Origin: a virus
Taxonomy: Duplodnaviria; Caudoviricetes
DNA: 30,290 nucleotides
Virus record (IMG/VR): IMGVR_UViG_3300032283_000744
Span: 1 to 30,290 of that record
Direction: 5' to 3' (one strand)
The notes below the pieces were generated by a model. It was not told the DNA's origin, made no database searches, and saw only the letters and a list, made by a program, of their open reading frames with translations. Below are positions 17,022 through 27,469 of this stretch, piece after piece. The position numbers were made by a program, and so were the translations under genes. Every line of letters begins with the position of its first letter. The stretch's first letter is position 1.

Positions 17022-19403
17022 ATGTCATACGCTCCTATTAGATTTGCAGGGCCCTCACTAGTTCCAGCATCTCCAACCAAAATATACACGGCTGTATCAA
17101 CTATAATTATTAAAGAGTTTACTGTAACAAACTTTAGTGGCTCAACTTTGCCTTTTAGCATTTTCTTATTAGGGGAAAATGGCGATCAGGTTATTAATCT
17201 TTATAACATTAACAGATCAAGCCTAGACCCATACACTCTTTATGGAAATGTAAATGTTGAAAACAACACAACATTAAAGCTTGAGCACTCATTAATTTTA
17301 AATGCTGGAGAATCAATTGCAGCAGTTACAACAACGCCAAACTGTTTTTCATTAACTATATCTGGTGTTGATCTTTCTGGAACTCTTTCAGGAGGCGGAT
17401 CAGGTGGAGGAACAACTGGAGCATCTGGAGCAGGATACTCTGACGTAGTTTCTATAACAACTAACTCAGTAACTACTGGAGCAAAAGTATTTTATGTAAA
17501 TAATAGCGGTGCATATGTAGCGGGACAGCGTGTACGTGTGATTAATCCACTTGCGCTTACAACATATGTTGAAGGAATTATTACACAGGTTGTAAAAAAT
17601 GTAAGCATAACAGTAGCCGTATCCGCAACCAATGGAACAGGAACATACTCTGAGTGGGTATTTGCTGTTGCTGGAAACCCAGGAACTAATGGAACCGTTG
17701 GAGTTAATGGAGCAGCAGGGCCAACAGGGCCAACAGGTGCCACAGGCGCCACAGGAGTAGGCGTAACAGGCGCAACTGGAACTGGACTAAGACTTGAAAG
17801 CGTTGTTGCTAATGTTGTAAATCTGCCAGCAGTTGCCCCACTTGGATCAGCATACATTGTTTCTGCAACACAAGAAATTTATATTTATAATGGAGTGGCA
17901 TGGCAAAATGGTGGAACTTATAAAGGACCTACAGGTTCAACGGGCGCAACTGGTCCAACTGGCTCTACAGGATTAACAGGACCGACTGGCGCCGCTGGAA
18001 GATCTATTAATATTAAAGGAACAAAAGCAAATGTTGCTGCTTTACCTTCAACAGGAAATATTAGCGGAGACTCTTGGATTGTATTAACCGATTTACATTT
18101 GTATGTCTGGGACGGAGCTGTGTGGCTTGATGCTGGACAATTCCAAGGACCAACTGGTGCAACAGGCCCAGCTACAATTGCAGTTGGCACGGTCTCTTCA
18201 ACAGGTCCTACTGGAATAACATCTGTTACAAATACTGGAACAGGTACTGCTGGAGTTTTTGATTTTGTTTTACAGCAAGGCCCAGTTGGAGTTACAGGTC
18301 CTACTGGTAATGCCGCAACATTAGCTATAGGAACCACAACTTCTACAGGACCGACGGGGAATCCTTCTGTTACAAATGTTGGAACACCAACTGCAGCTTT
18401 GCTTGATTTTGTATTAAAACAAGGAATTACAGGGCCAACAGGTCCTGCGGGGCCAACGACAATATCTTTAGGAACGGTTGCTGCAACAGGACCAACTGGG
18501 TTTCCATCGATTACAAATTCGGGGACATCTACAGATTTAGTTTTAAACTTTACACTTCAGCAAGGGCCAGTAGGCGTAACAGGAGCAACGGGTCCAACAG
18601 GCGCAGCTAGCACAGTAGCGGGACCAACTGGTCCAACAGGAGTAGGAGTCACTGGCCCAACAGGTACTGCTGGAGCTGACGGAAGCTCAGTTAGAATTTT
18701 AGGATCTTATGCAACAGAAGCAGCACTTATTGCAGCACGTCCTTCAGGCTCACTAGGAGACGGGTACTTAGTTGTCGGAGAGCTTTATGTATGGACAGGC
18801 AGCGCTTGGACAAACGTTGGAAGCATTAAGGGCCCAACTGGCTCAACTGGCTCAACAGGACCGACAGGTGTATCTGGAGCCACAGGCGCAACAGGATCAA
18901 CTGGCGCAACAGGCGCAAATGGATCAAGCATTCAAGGAGCAACAGGACCGACAGGTGTAGCTGGACCAACAGGTCCTACAGGAGCCACGGGAGCAACAGG
19001 ATTAGGCATAACAGGTGCAACAGGACCAGCAGGAGCAACAGGACCTTCAGGAGGTCCAACAGGTCCTACAGGAGCGACGGGAATAAGCATTACTGCTAAC
19101 TATGTTATTACAAGTCCAGCTGGCGGCAGCTACAGCGTAAATGGAACTACTGGAAATCCAGGATTAACTTTACTAAGAGGAAGCACGTATGTGTTTACAG
19201 TGTTTGCTGCAGGACACCCATTTTGGTTGCAAACAACATCGGGAGCCTACAACTCTGCAAATACATACGGCACTGGTGTAACAAATGGCGGAGAAGATGT
19301 GGGCGGTATTACGTTTACTGTTCCAGCTCTTGCACCAGATAATTTATATTACATTTGCCAATTTCATCCAAGCATGAACGGAATCATTAACATAATCGGT
19401 TAA
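17022..19403 (+). CDS. Collagen-like fibre protein (793 aa) with a C-terminal cupredoxin-like domain
   Basis: Extensive [12 protein letters not shown] triplets, interspersed globular modules, and a C-terminal GHPF...[15 protein letters not shown]. Confidence 0.85.
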   Translation: MSYAPIRFAGPSLVPASPTKIYTAVSTIIIKEFTVTNFSGSTLPFSIFLLGENGDQVINLYNINRSSLDPYTLYGNVNVENNTTLKLEHSLILNAGESIAAVTTTPNCFSLTISGVDLSGTLSGGGSGGGTTGASGAGYSDVVSITTNSVTTGAKVFYVNNSGAYVAGQRVRVINPLALTTYVEGIITQVVKNVSITVAVSATNGTGTYSEWVFAVAGNPGTNGTVGVNGAAGPTGPTGATGATGVGVTGATGTGLRLESVVANVVNLPAVAPLGSAYIVSATQEIYIYNGVAWQNGGTYKGPTGSTGATGPTGSTGLTGPTGAAGRSINIKGTKANVAALPSTGNISGDSWIVLTDLHLYVWDGAVWLDAGQFQGPTGATGPATIAVGTVSSTGPTGITSVTNTGTGTAGVFDFVLQQGPVGVTGPTGNAATLAIGTTTSTGPTGNPSVTNVGTPTAALLDFVLKQGITGPTGPAGPTTISLGTVAATGPTGFPSITNSGTSTDLVLNFTLQQGPVGVTGATGPTGAASTVAGPTGPTGVGVTGPTGTAGADGSSVRILGSYATEAALIAARPSGSLGDGYLVVGELYVWTGSAWTNVGSIKGPTGSTGSTGPTGVSGATGATGSTGATGANGSSIQGATGPTGVAGPTGPTGATGATGLGITGATGPAGATGPSGGPTGPTGATGISITANYVITSPAGGSYSVNGTTGNPGLTLLRGSTYVFTVFAAGHPFWLQTTSGAYNSANTYGTGVTNGGEDVGGITFTVPALAPDNLYYICQFHPSMNGIINIIG

Positions 19404-19429
19404 TGTTTATAACCAAAGCAGGGAAATAA

Positions 19430-20500
19430 ATGAAAATAGCAGTATATACAATTGCTTTAAATGAAGAGCAGTTTGTTAAGCGTTGGTATGAATCTGCAAA
19501 AGATGCTGACTATTTGTTAATTGCCGATACAGGCTCTACAGATAAAACAATAGAAATAGCCGAATCCCTTGGAATAAATGTATTTAAAATATCAATTAAC
19601 CCATGGAGATTTGATGATGCTCGTAATGCATCGCTTGCTTTAATTCCCGACGATATTGATTACTGCATATCTTTAGATATGGACGAAGTACTTTCTGAAG
19701 GCTGGAGAAAAGAAATGGAGTCCTTAGAAGGCTCTAATGTAACTAGACCAATACATACACTTGTTACTCATATATCTGAGATTGGACAAGAGGGAACAGA
19801 GTTTGACGCATTAAGAATGCATGCAAGACACGGACATAGATGGAAGTTTCCAATTCATGAGTCTGTTTCATTTTACGGCATAGAAGAATTAAGAAAAAAG
19901 ATTGATGTAAAAATATATCACCTACCAGATAATGACAAGTCTAGAGGACAATACCTTGCTCTTCTAGAAATGGCAGCAAAAGAAGATCCGCTAAGCGATA
20001 GATGTGCACATTACTATGCTCGTGAATTATTTTATTACGGTAGATACGAAGAGTCGGCAGCAGAATTTAAAAGACACCTATCTTTAGATTCCGCTTTCTG
20101 GAAGCCAGAGAGATGTGAGTCAATGAGGTATATTGCTAAATGCGAACCTCAAGCTAAAGAGTATTGGCTAAGAGCGGCAATTGCAGAATGCCCAGAAAGA
20201 AGAGAACCTTTTGTAGACCTAGCTCAATATTTTTATGAAGAAAAAGATTGGCACAAAGTAAAAGAATATTCAGAGCTTGCTTTAAACATAAAAGAAAAGT
20301 ACTTAGGGTATTTTTGTGAGTCAGAGGTATGGGGATGGAAACCTCATGATCTACTAGCCCTTGCAAACTACAATCTAGGAGACTTTAAAGAGGCTTCAAA
20401 GCATGGAGAGATAGCTGTTTCTTTATGTGAAGACCAAAGACTACACGACAATCTTGCTTATTATCACGATGCTCAGAATCTTAAAAGTGGTATAATTTAA
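19430..20500 (+). CDS. GT2/GT-A glycosyltransferase with C-terminal TPR repeats (SunS-like protein glycosyltransferase architecture)
   Basis: [30 protein letters not shown], the DxD motif SLDMDE, WKFPIHE, then TPR-like helices ([41 protein letters not shown]). Confidence 0.9.
   Translation: MKIAVYTIALNEEQFVKRWYESAKDADYLLIADTGSTDKTIEIAESLGINVFKISINPWRFDDARNASLALIPDDIDYCISLDMDEVLSEGWRKEMESLEGSNVTRPIHTLVTHISEIGQEGTEFDALRMHARHGHRWKFPIHESVSFYGIEELRKKIDVKIYHLPDNDKSRGQYLALLEMAAKEDPLSDRCAHYYARELFYYGRYEESAAEFKRHLSLDSAFWKPERCESMRYIAKCEPQAKEYWLRAAIAECPERREPFVDLAQYFYEEKDWHKVKEYSELALNIKEKYLGYFCESEVWGWKPHDLLALANYNLGDFKEASKHGEIAVSLCEDQRLHDNLAYYHDAQNLKSGII
20488..20496 (+). promoter_or_regulatory. Extended -10 TGGTATAAT; predicted start site coincides with ATG 20503 (leaderless)
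   Basis: TATAAT at 20491-20496, ATG begins 7 nt later, and there is no SD. Confidence 0.6.
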
Positions 20501-20502
20501 AA

Positions 20503-22362
20503 ATGCCTAGTAATTTAACTCCTAAAGAATTCAGATATCCAACACTGGATATGTCTCCTGACATTCCTAGAGACTTAGGTTACCTAGCACAAGACATAGA
20601 TGATTATTTAACAGCAAACCCAGGAGCTACAGGACCTACTGGTCCTACAGGACCAACAGGTGCTACAGGGTCAACTGGCGCTAACAGTACAGTCGCTGGT
20701 CCAACAGGAGCTACAGGCGCAACAGGTCCTACTGGATCTACAGGTGCTAACAGCACAGTTGCAGGTCCTACAGGACCAACAGGTGCTACAGGATCAACTG
20801 GCGCTAACAGTACAGTCGCTGGTCCAACAGGACCAACAGGCGCTACAGGCTTAACAGGTCCAACAGGTGCAACTGGAGCTACAGGTGCCACAGGTCAAGC
20901 TGGAACTGGAATTGATATTCTAGGAACTTTTTCTTCTTTAGCTTTATTGCAATCAACTCATCCAACAGGAAATCCTGGAGACGGTTACATGGTGCAAGGC
21001 AATTTGCATGTATGGGATAATGTAAATAGCGAATGGGATAATGCAGGACCAATTTCAGGGCCAACGGGTTCAACAGGACCAACAGGTGCAACAGGTGCAA
21101 CAGGATCAACAGGTGCAAACAGCACAGTAGCAGGTCCAACAGGACCAACAGGTGCAACAGGTGCAACAGGATCAACAGGTGCAAACAGCACAGTAGCAGG
21201 TCCAACAGGACCGACAGGTGCAACTGGTTCAACTGGCGGAACTGGTGTAACAGGTTCTCAAGCAACTTTCTCTTTAACTTCTTCAACTCCACCACTTAAT
21301 CCAGTATCTGGACAAGCTTGGTTTAATACTGATAACGGAAAAAGTTATACATACTACGATTTATTTTGGGTAGAAACTGGATCTTCTTTATCTGGCCCTA
21401 CAGGTGCAACAGGCTCAACTGGAGTAACAGGCCCAACAGGCGCTACAGGAACTCAAGGAGTTGCCGTAAACTTAAAGCCTTCAGTAGCAACAGTACCTTC
21501 TTTGCCATCTACAGGCAACACTTTAAATGATGGAAGAATTGTTGAACTAGACGGAGATCTTTATATTTGGGATGGATCTTCATGGAGTTCAGTTGGACAA
21601 ATAGTAGGACCAACAGGCGCCACAGGCGCAACAGGTTCTACAGGTTCTACGGGCCCTACTGGATCAACAGGGGCAACTGGGCCTACTGGTGCTGACAGCA
21701 CAGTCGCAGGCCCTACTGGCGCTACAGGCGCTAACAGCACAGTTGCAGGCCCAACAGGGGCAACAGGCGCCACAGGCGCAACGGGTGCTAACAGCACAGT
21801 AGCAGGCCCAACAGGGGCAACAGGCGCCACAGGCGCTACAGGCGCTAACAGCACAGTTGCAGGCCCAACAGGGGCAACAGGCGCAACAGGAGCAACTGGT
21901 GCAACTGGATTGCCAGGAGCTTCAGGTGGAAAGATAGTTCAGGTTGTTACTGCTACAACAACAAATACAACATCAGCAACAGGCGGGGCAGGGTGGGTAG
22001 ACGTATCTGGACTTTCTGTAACTATTACTCCAACACTTGCAACAAGTAAAATTCTTATAATGTCTTCATTTGGAACATTTTCAAGTAGCGGTGGAACACA
22101 GCCATATTTAACTGGATGGGTTAAGCTAGTAAGAGGAACAACCGATATTACAAATGCTTTTACTGGAGCATATTTTCCAAATGGAAGCTCGGTAAACACA
22201 GCTGATTATGATGTATATTCAACTCAGTATATTGACTCTCCAGCAACTACAAGCGCAACAACATATAAGTTTCAAATAAATAATATTTTTAGTGCACCAA
22301 ACTACGGAGCAAATCCATCAGGCTCATCAGTTCAAATTATAGCAATGGAGATACTTGCATGA
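20503..22362 (+). CDS. Collagen-like fibre protein (619 aa) with a C-terminal beta-sandwich head domain
   Basis: Gly-X-Thr blocks with GANSTVA interruptions. C-terminal KIVQVV...GLSVTITP...SKIL...[12 protein letters not shown]...AMEILA. Confidence 0.85.
   Translation: MPSNLTPKEFRYPTLDMSPDIPRDLGYLAQDIDDYLTANPGATGPTGPTGPTGATGSTGANSTVAGPTGATGATGPTGSTGANSTVAGPTGPTGATGSTGANSTVAGPTGPTGATGLTGPTGATGATGATGQAGTGIDILGTFSSLALLQSTHPTGNPGDGYMVQGNLHVWDNVNSEWDNAGPISGPTGSTGPTGATGATGSTGANSTVAGPTGPTGATGATGSTGANSTVAGPTGPTGATGSTGGTGVTGSQATFSLTSSTPPLNPVSGQAWFNTDNGKSYTYYDLFWVETGSSLSGPTGATGSTGVTGPTGATGTQGVAVNLKPSVATVPSLPSTGNTLNDGRIVELDGDLYIWDGSSWSSVGQIVGPTGATGATGSTGSTGPTGSTGATGPTGADSTVAGPTGATGANSTVAGPTGATGATGATGANSTVAGPTGATGATGATGANSTVAGPTGATGATGATGATGLPGASGGKIVQVVTATTTNTTSATGGAGWVDVSGLSVTITPTLATSKILIMSSFGTFSSSGGTQPYLTGWVKLVRGTTDITNAFTGAYFPNGSSVNTADYDVYSTQYIDSPATTSATTYKFQINNIFSAPNYGANPSGSSVQIIAMEILA
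21071..21212 (+). repeat. Perfect 66-nt tandem repeat (about 2.15 copies) inside the collagen gene
   Basis: 21071-21136 is identical to 21137-21202, followed by 10 nt of a third copy. Confidence 0.9.
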
Positions 22363-22619
22363 AAAATTTTAACGCAATTCGTTACCTATATCCTAATGCA
22401 GAATTCAGTATGATCAACGATGACATTTCTATGATTACATGGGTGGGAGAAGAATTTCCAACACCAACTGCAAAGCAGTTAAGCGATGCAATCAAAACAT
22501 TAGAAGATAAAGAAGCACAAGATATTTTAGATACAGAAGCAGCAAAAAATTCAGCTCTTAGTAAGTTGCAAGCATTAGGTTTAACAGAAGCCGAAGCTAA
22601 AGCGATTGCAGGAGTATAG
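22359..22619 (+). CDS. Small XkdW-like fibre-associated protein (86 aa)
   Basis: [11 protein letters not shown]...ITW....PTPT..QL resembles XkdW-type proteins that follow fibre genes. ATGA overlap. Confidence 0.55.
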   Translation: MKNFNAIRYLYPNAEFSMINDDISMITWVGEEFPTPTAKQLSDAIKTLEDKEAQDILDTEAAKNSALSKLQALGLTEAEAKAIAGV

Positions 22620-22627
22620 GAGATATC

Positions 22628-23356
22628 ATGCCAATAGACTTTCCAAATAGCCCCTCATTAAATCAAGTATTTACAAGTAGTCAGAATACTTGGATCTGGG
22701 ATGGCACAGCATGGACTCTGCAAAGACTTACTACAGGTGCTACGGGTGCAACAGGTGCAACAGGTGCAACTGGCGCAACAGGCGCTGACAGCACAATCGT
22801 TGGCCCAACAGGTTCTACGGGCTCTACAGGTGCAACAGGATCCACAGGAGCAACTGGTGCTAACAGCACAGTAGCAGGTCCAACAGGTGCCACAGGCGCT
22901 ACAGGTGCAACTGGCGCAACAGGCGCTAACAGCACAGTTCCAGGACCTACAGGCGCAACAGGCGCAACAGGCGCTAACAGCACAGTAGTAGGTCCAACAG
23001 GTTCTACAGGTGCAACAGGTGCTACGGGCGCAACAGGCGCTAACAGCACAGTCCCAGGACCTACAGGTCCCACAGGGGAAACTTTTCCTTCACAAACTGG
23101 TAACTCTGGAAAATTCTTAAGTACAAATGGTACTTCAACTTTATGGAATACGGTTGCACAATATTCTTTACCAGCGCAGTCTGGAAACTCTGGAAAATTT
23201 CTAACTACAAATGGAACGGCAGAGTCATGGGCAACTGTAGCAACTACAGCATATTCAAACGGAACAAATACTGCAAACTCAAATAAAATATTCTATAACA
23301 CATCTGGAACGCCACCAACTGGCACTGCAGCTGGCGATTTATATATTTTCTACTAG
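22628..23356 (+). CDS. Short collagen-like fibre protein (242 aa)
   Basis: N-terminal IDFPNSP...WIWDGTAW, Gly-X-Thr runs, two [13 protein letters not shown]...W repeats, and C-terminal [14 protein letters not shown]. Confidence 0.85.
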   Translation: MPIDFPNSPSLNQVFTSSQNTWIWDGTAWTLQRLTTGATGATGATGATGATGADSTIVGPTGSTGSTGATGSTGATGANSTVAGPTGATGATGATGATGANSTVPGPTGATGATGANSTVVGPTGSTGATGATGATGANSTVPGPTGPTGETFPSQTGNSGKFLSTNGTSTLWNTVAQYSLPAQSGNSGKFLTTNGTAESWATVATTAYSNGTNTANSNKIFYNTSGTPPTGTAAGDLYIFY

Positions 23357-23364
23357 GATAACAT

Positions 23365-25194
23365 ATGACTATAAAAGCATATGATGGCACAAATTGGTAC
23401 AATCAAAAATCATTAAAGATTTATAATGGTTCAGCTTGGACAGCCGCAAAACAAGCATGGATTTTTAATGGTGCAAACTGGGCAATAAGTTATCCAGAGT
23501 TTCCAGTAAATACTGCGGGTCCATCAATTAGTGCTTTAAGTGGAATAGCAGGAAGAATTGGTTGCGTCTATATTGCATCAGTAGGATCATGGAATTCAAA
23601 TGATGCCTATAATCCAACATCTTATTCTTATCAATGGCAAAGGGCTGGATCCGATATATCTGGTGCAACAAATAACACATATACAACAGGTGCTAATGAT
23701 GTAGAACAAATAATAAGTTGCAGGGTAACAGCAAATAATCTTAGAGGAAGCACACCTGCTTCAGCAACTACTGGCCTTCAAATGCTTACGCAGGTTACAT
23801 CAATTAGCGTTTCGGACTATACATCAACACCTAACAAGCCAAGCTCAGTTTCAATTAGCAATACAGGCCTTTCATATTCTGGAAGCTTTACTACACTTGA
23901 CAATATCTCTAGTTACTATGAAGCGCTCGGCGGAGGAACTGCAGGAACACCTTCAGTAAATTCTGGTGCAAAGACTTTTTCTGGAACAGGAACAGCAGGT
24001 AACGCAAGCGTTTCAATTAGAGGAGTTAATACAAATAAACAACTTTACATAAATTGGCCAGTTGCTGTGGGAGCTGTTTCATATGATATATATGTAAATG
24101 GTAATTATTTTACAAATGTGTCACCAGGCACCAATAATAATTACATATATACTGCGCCAGATGAAAACGCAAGAAATTTTTCAGTATACCCAAGATCAAC
24201 AAACATTCAAGGGTACGGATCTTCGACATCAACACCAGTTGCAGCAACAACAAAGTACTCTGCTTATGAAACAAGTGCTACAATATCATTAGCCGAACCT
24301 AATGCAACTTCACCAACTTCAGCATCCTCTTCTGCAACTACAAGCTTACTGTCTGTAAATTGGAGCGGTGCTACAAATGCAACAAAGTATAGAGTATATT
24401 GGACGACTGCATCTTCAATTTCTTTAGACCCAGAATCAAATTACGACACAGAAGTAACGGGAACCAGTGCAAACTTTTCTGGATCATTTTCACCGTCACA
24501 GACTTACTATTTTTATATATCTGCTTCTGGCGCAAACAATGTATGGACACCATATGGAGGATATAAAACTTCAGCAACTCCACCATTACCATTGCCAGAC
24601 ACCCCATCTGGTCTAACAGCAACTGCTTCAGGACAAACAATAATAAATTTATCATGGAATACCTCAGCAAATGCTTCTTCTTATGAAATTTATTATTACC
24701 CAGATAGCCCATCAACTCCATCTGCAGGTAGCGCAGCAGATTTTGCTGGTATTTCTGGCAACACTTACTCTAACATTGGGCTATCTGCTGGAACCACCAG
24801 ATACTACTGGGTCAGGGCACGAAATGCCACTGGTATATCAGCATGGTCAAACGCCGCTGGTTCAACCACTGCAAGCGCACCAGTAGCAACCAAGCCGACA
24901 ATATCTGTATCAAACTCTTGGTCAAATCCAGGGGTTAATACATGGACTCTTAGCATGACCCACACTGGCGGCGGCGTACCAACTAGTTTTAACTGGGGAA
25001 TACAGTTTTCTAACTCAAATGGAGGATCTGTACTTGCCTCAACTACTGGAAACGGAACGTGGACAGCTGGATCGGGAGGAACTCAAACAGTAACAAGAAA
25101 TAGCTCTACATATACTTACGCAAGATGGGTAAGCGTAACGGCCTCAAATGCTTCAGGAACTTCAAGTCCAGCAGGAACAACGACATGGGAGTAA
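23365..25194 (+). CDS. Ig/fibronectin type III domain adhesin-like virion protein (609 aa)
   Basis: YSYQWQR...ISGAT..TYT (Ig-like), PDTPSGLTATA...INLSW...Y.IY...GLSAGTTRYYWVRARN (FN3), and three N-terminal [YF][DN]GxxW repeats. Confidence 0.8.
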   Translation: MTIKAYDGTNWYNQKSLKIYNGSAWTAAKQAWIFNGANWAISYPEFPVNTAGPSISALSGIAGRIGCVYIASVGSWNSNDAYNPTSYSYQWQRAGSDISGATNNTYTTGANDVEQIISCRVTANNLRGSTPASATTGLQMLTQVTSISVSDYTSTPNKPSSVSISNTGLSYSGSFTTLDNISSYYEALGGGTAGTPSVNSGAKTFSGTGTAGNASVSIRGVNTNKQLYINWPVAVGAVSYDIYVNGNYFTNVSPGTNNNYIYTAPDENARNFSVYPRSTNIQGYGSSTSTPVAATTKYSAYETSATISLAEPNATSPTSASSSATTSLLSVNWSGATNATKYRVYWTTASSISLDPESNYDTEVTGTSANFSGSFSPSQTYYFYISASGANNVWTPYGGYKTSATPPLPLPDTPSGLTATASGQTIINLSWNTSANASSYEIYYYPDSPSTPSAGSAADFAGISGNTYSNIGLSAGTTRYYWVRARNATGISAWSNAAGSTTASAPVATKPTISVSNSWSNPGVNTWTLSMTHTGGGVPTSFNWGIQFSNSNGGSVLASTTGNGTWTAGSGGTQTVTRNSSTYTYARWVSVTASNASGTSSPAGTTTWE

Positions 25195-25195
25195 T

Positions 25196-25378
25196 ATGCT
25201 AAATAGAGAAGACAAGATAAGAATTTTAAATGGTAAAATTAATGAAGTATCTAATTTAATTAATTTGATTGAGCCCTACAAAGATGGAGTTTCTGAAAAT
25301 AAGCCTTCTAACCAATATGTGTTAGATGGTTTAATATCTGAAAAAAATACGTACAGTCAGCTACTGGCTGAATTATAA
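25196..25378 (+). CDS. Small helical protein (60 aa)
   Basis: Probable start is ATG 25196 with SD GGGAG, rather than the track start 25148. Resembles 25392..25589. Confidence 0.6.
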   Translation: MLNREDKIRILNGKINEVSNLINLIEPYKDGVSENKPSNQYVLDGLISEKNTYSQLLAEL

Positions 25379-25391
25379 AAAGGAGAATAAA

Positions 25392-25589
25392 ATGGCAACA
25401 TATACAAAGTTAACAAATGATGAAAAAGCAGCAATTGTTGATGCAGAAATAAGAAACCTTGAGTACCAGATGTATGCATTAGAAGTTCAGTTAATTGCAG
25501 AAAATGCAAAAACAGAACCAGATGCACAAAGATCTAGCGCTCTAAATGCACTCATTGCTGAAAAGCAAACACAAATAGCAGCACTTTAA
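25392..25589 (+). CDS. Small helical/coiled-coil protein (65 aa)
   Basis: Strong SD AGGAG. LTNDEKAAIV...LIAEK is similar to LNREDKIRIL...LISEK in the upstream gene. Confidence 0.7.
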   Translation: MATYTKLTNDEKAAIVDAEIRNLEYQMYALEVQLIAENAKTEPDAQRSSALNALIAEKQTQIAAL

Positions 25590-25607
25590 TTAAAAGAGGA
25601 GGATGGA

Positions 25608-27407
25608 ATGTCATATAAAAACATAGTCTTAAACGACTTTCCAAACTCATTTTATTTATTAGATGAAGTAGAGTCTGGGCAAATAGCAGACTACACCGAG
25701 CTGTTGTCCCAGTTTGCTACATATCAAGATTTGAAAGATAGCGGATTGGTTTATGCACAGATAGGTGGAATCTCTGTTTACGACTACTCTGGAAGCTTAA
25801 ATAATGGATCTGCTTCTTCAACATCTTTAAGGCAGATAATGCCTTTGGTGGCGGGAGGAATAAGAGGAACAGAAATGTTACCGCTTACGGAAATTACCTA
25901 TAGCCCAAAAGGGATAGCAAACAAAAACTATAAAGACAATACTTTTTCAATAGAAGCCTGGGCCGTGCTTCCAGCCTATAATACTACTGCCACAATAGTA
26001 GGAGATTCAATTACAAACACTGGGATATTCTATGAAAATGGAAATATTATATTTAAAGTTGGCACTAATAAAGCAGAGCATACAGTATCTAATTCCGAAG
26101 CAATTCATATAGTAGGCATATTTCAGAGCAGCCTTTTGTCCCTGTATGTAAATGGCTTACTGGTAGATACTGCGTCCATGGACAACTATAAATTTTCTAA
26201 TGACATTGAAACATTTAAGAGTGGTCCTTCTACAGGAAAATTTGTAATAGACTCAGTAGGATTTTATAGATATGCTCTCTCGCCTTCTCAGATTTTAAGT
26301 CATTATAATGAAGGGGTAAAAGAGGTTAACGTTTCTCAGATAGTTTCCATAGACAATGGCTATTTGTTTAGTATGAACACAGAGTCAATTCAGCGTAAAT
26401 TTTCATATACCTATCCTGTATCAAAATTATGGGGCGAACTAAATATTAATGGTCAGTATTTATCTACTGATCAGTCTTATGTATATATACCAGAAGCAGT
26501 AGGTTCCAAATCTTTTTCTTTTACAGATCATTTTATTGTGCCAAACTACCTAGGAATTACTAGCTCACAGGTACACTGGGAAAATGACGTAAAAGGAATT
26601 TTAGTAGAGGCAAGCATAGACAACATAACATGGAGAACTTGCACAAATGGGTCGCCATTGCCATACTTTAATAAAAACAATAATCAAATTTCAGATATTA
26701 TTTATCTAAGGGTAACTCTATCATCTGACGATGCCACCAGATATCTACCTATTTTAAAATCTCTAGACATTGCTTTTTACGGTTCAAAGAATTTCTACAG
26801 CGACAATTCGGGATACTATATATCTTCAAATTATGACTACTCTTTGCCTAAGACAAATAGCAAGACGTTGTCTTACAATAAAAACAATGGTCTTACTATG
26901 TACGACGGACACGGATTTTCTTTAAATAACGTCCCAGCAATTTCAACAGTAGAGGTTATATTTACCCCTCAGTACGACGACAACGTTTTAGTGAGCGGAT
27001 TAGCCAGTCGGTACGAGTGGAATAATGCGGGGGTCATAACAAAAGCAGGAATATCCTCAATCTATGTAAATGGTATAAATAGGACATCCGCAGTAAACGT
27101 ATGGGACTTCATGGCTGTAAATACTCCTCACCATATAATCATTGAATTTACATCGGCAGACAGCAATCTTAAGTTTAATCAAAATCAAAATGACTCCAAG
27201 TCTGGATCTGGGCATATGTATAACAATCTTGCCGTATATGAAAATGCATTGCCGTTATCTTCTAAGCTTAATCACTACTTGCTATATACGGGAAATATCG
27301 TAAATCAAATAAATGACACCGCTTTTGGAATTGAAGAGTCCGCCCTAGGTGAAGATTTGACCCCGTTCTTTATAACTGTGGTAGAGCCAGAGTCAGTTAG
27401 CCTATAA
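25608..27407 (+). CDS. Minor structural protein with an N-terminal LamG-like domain (599 aa)
   Basis: SYKNIVLNDFP..FYLLDE, FSIEAW, HIVGIF...LYVNG and IDSVGFYRYALS..QI..HY are LamG-type motifs. SD GAGGAGG. Confidence 0.75.
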   Translation: MSYKNIVLNDFPNSFYLLDEVESGQIADYTELLSQFATYQDLKDSGLVYAQIGGISVYDYSGSLNNGSASSTSLRQIMPLVAGGIRGTEMLPLTEITYSPKGIANKNYKDNTFSIEAWAVLPAYNTTATIVGDSITNTGIFYENGNIIFKVGTNKAEHTVSNSEAIHIVGIFQSSLLSLYVNGLLVDTASMDNYKFSNDIETFKSGPSTGKFVIDSVGFYRYALSPSQILSHYNEGVKEVNVSQIVSIDNGYLFSMNTESIQRKFSYTYPVSKLWGELNINGQYLSTDQSYVYIPEAVGSKSFSFTDHFIVPNYLGITSSQVHWENDVKGILVEASIDNITWRTCTNGSPLPYFNKNNNQISDIIYLRVTLSSDDATRYLPILKSLDIAFYGSKNFYSDNSGYYISSNYDYSLPKTNSKTLSYNKNNGLTMYDGHGFSLNNVPAISTVEVIFTPQYDDNVLVSGLASRYEWNNAGVITKAGISSIYVNGINRTSAVNVWDFMAVNTPHHIIIEFTSADSNLKFNQNQNDSKSGSGHMYNNLAVYENALPLSSKLNHYLLYTGNIVNQINDTAFGIEESALGEDLTPFFITVVEPESVSL

Positions 27408-27432
27408 TTTTGTCCATCTCTTGTGCAAACTC

Positions 27433-27461
27433 TAGACTTTAGCACAGAATAATGGTATGAT
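27433..27461 (+). promoter_or_regulatory. sigmaA-type promoter TAGACT-N17-TATGAT with TG extension, upstream of the head module
   Basis: TAGACT at 27433-27438, TGGTATGAT at 27453-27461, 17-nt spacer, intergenic. Confidence 0.6.
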
Positions 27462-27469
27462 TTATGTCT

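Noticed and set aside
20680-23050. Repeated N-S-T as N-glycosylation sequons
   Set aside because: The same position is also D or A (GADST, GAAST), and the adjacent enzyme resembles O/S-glycosyltransferases. No oligosaccharyltransferase or N-glycosyltransferase is visible.
17492-23073. Minus-strand ORFs rich in PVAPVGPV (17492-17857, 17918-18337, 20604-20891, 20985-21191, 21561-21854, 22681-23073 and others)
   Set aside because: They are antisense shadows of Gly-X-Thr codon repeats, which lack stops on the reverse strand. They have no SD or independent features.
20600-23075. Regularly recurring GCTAACAGCACAGT-type repeats as a CRISPR array or DGR template/variable repeats
   Set aside because: The repeats are in-frame coding units with synonymous variation and repetitive spacers. 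No cas or reverse transcriptase gene and no adenine-specific mismatch pattern were seen.
27408-27463. tRNA, structured ncRNA or intrinsic terminator in the intergenic gaps
   Set aside because: The gaps are short, with no cloverleaf and no GC-rich stem followed by a U-tract. The TGTGC/GCACA pairing here is too weak to call.
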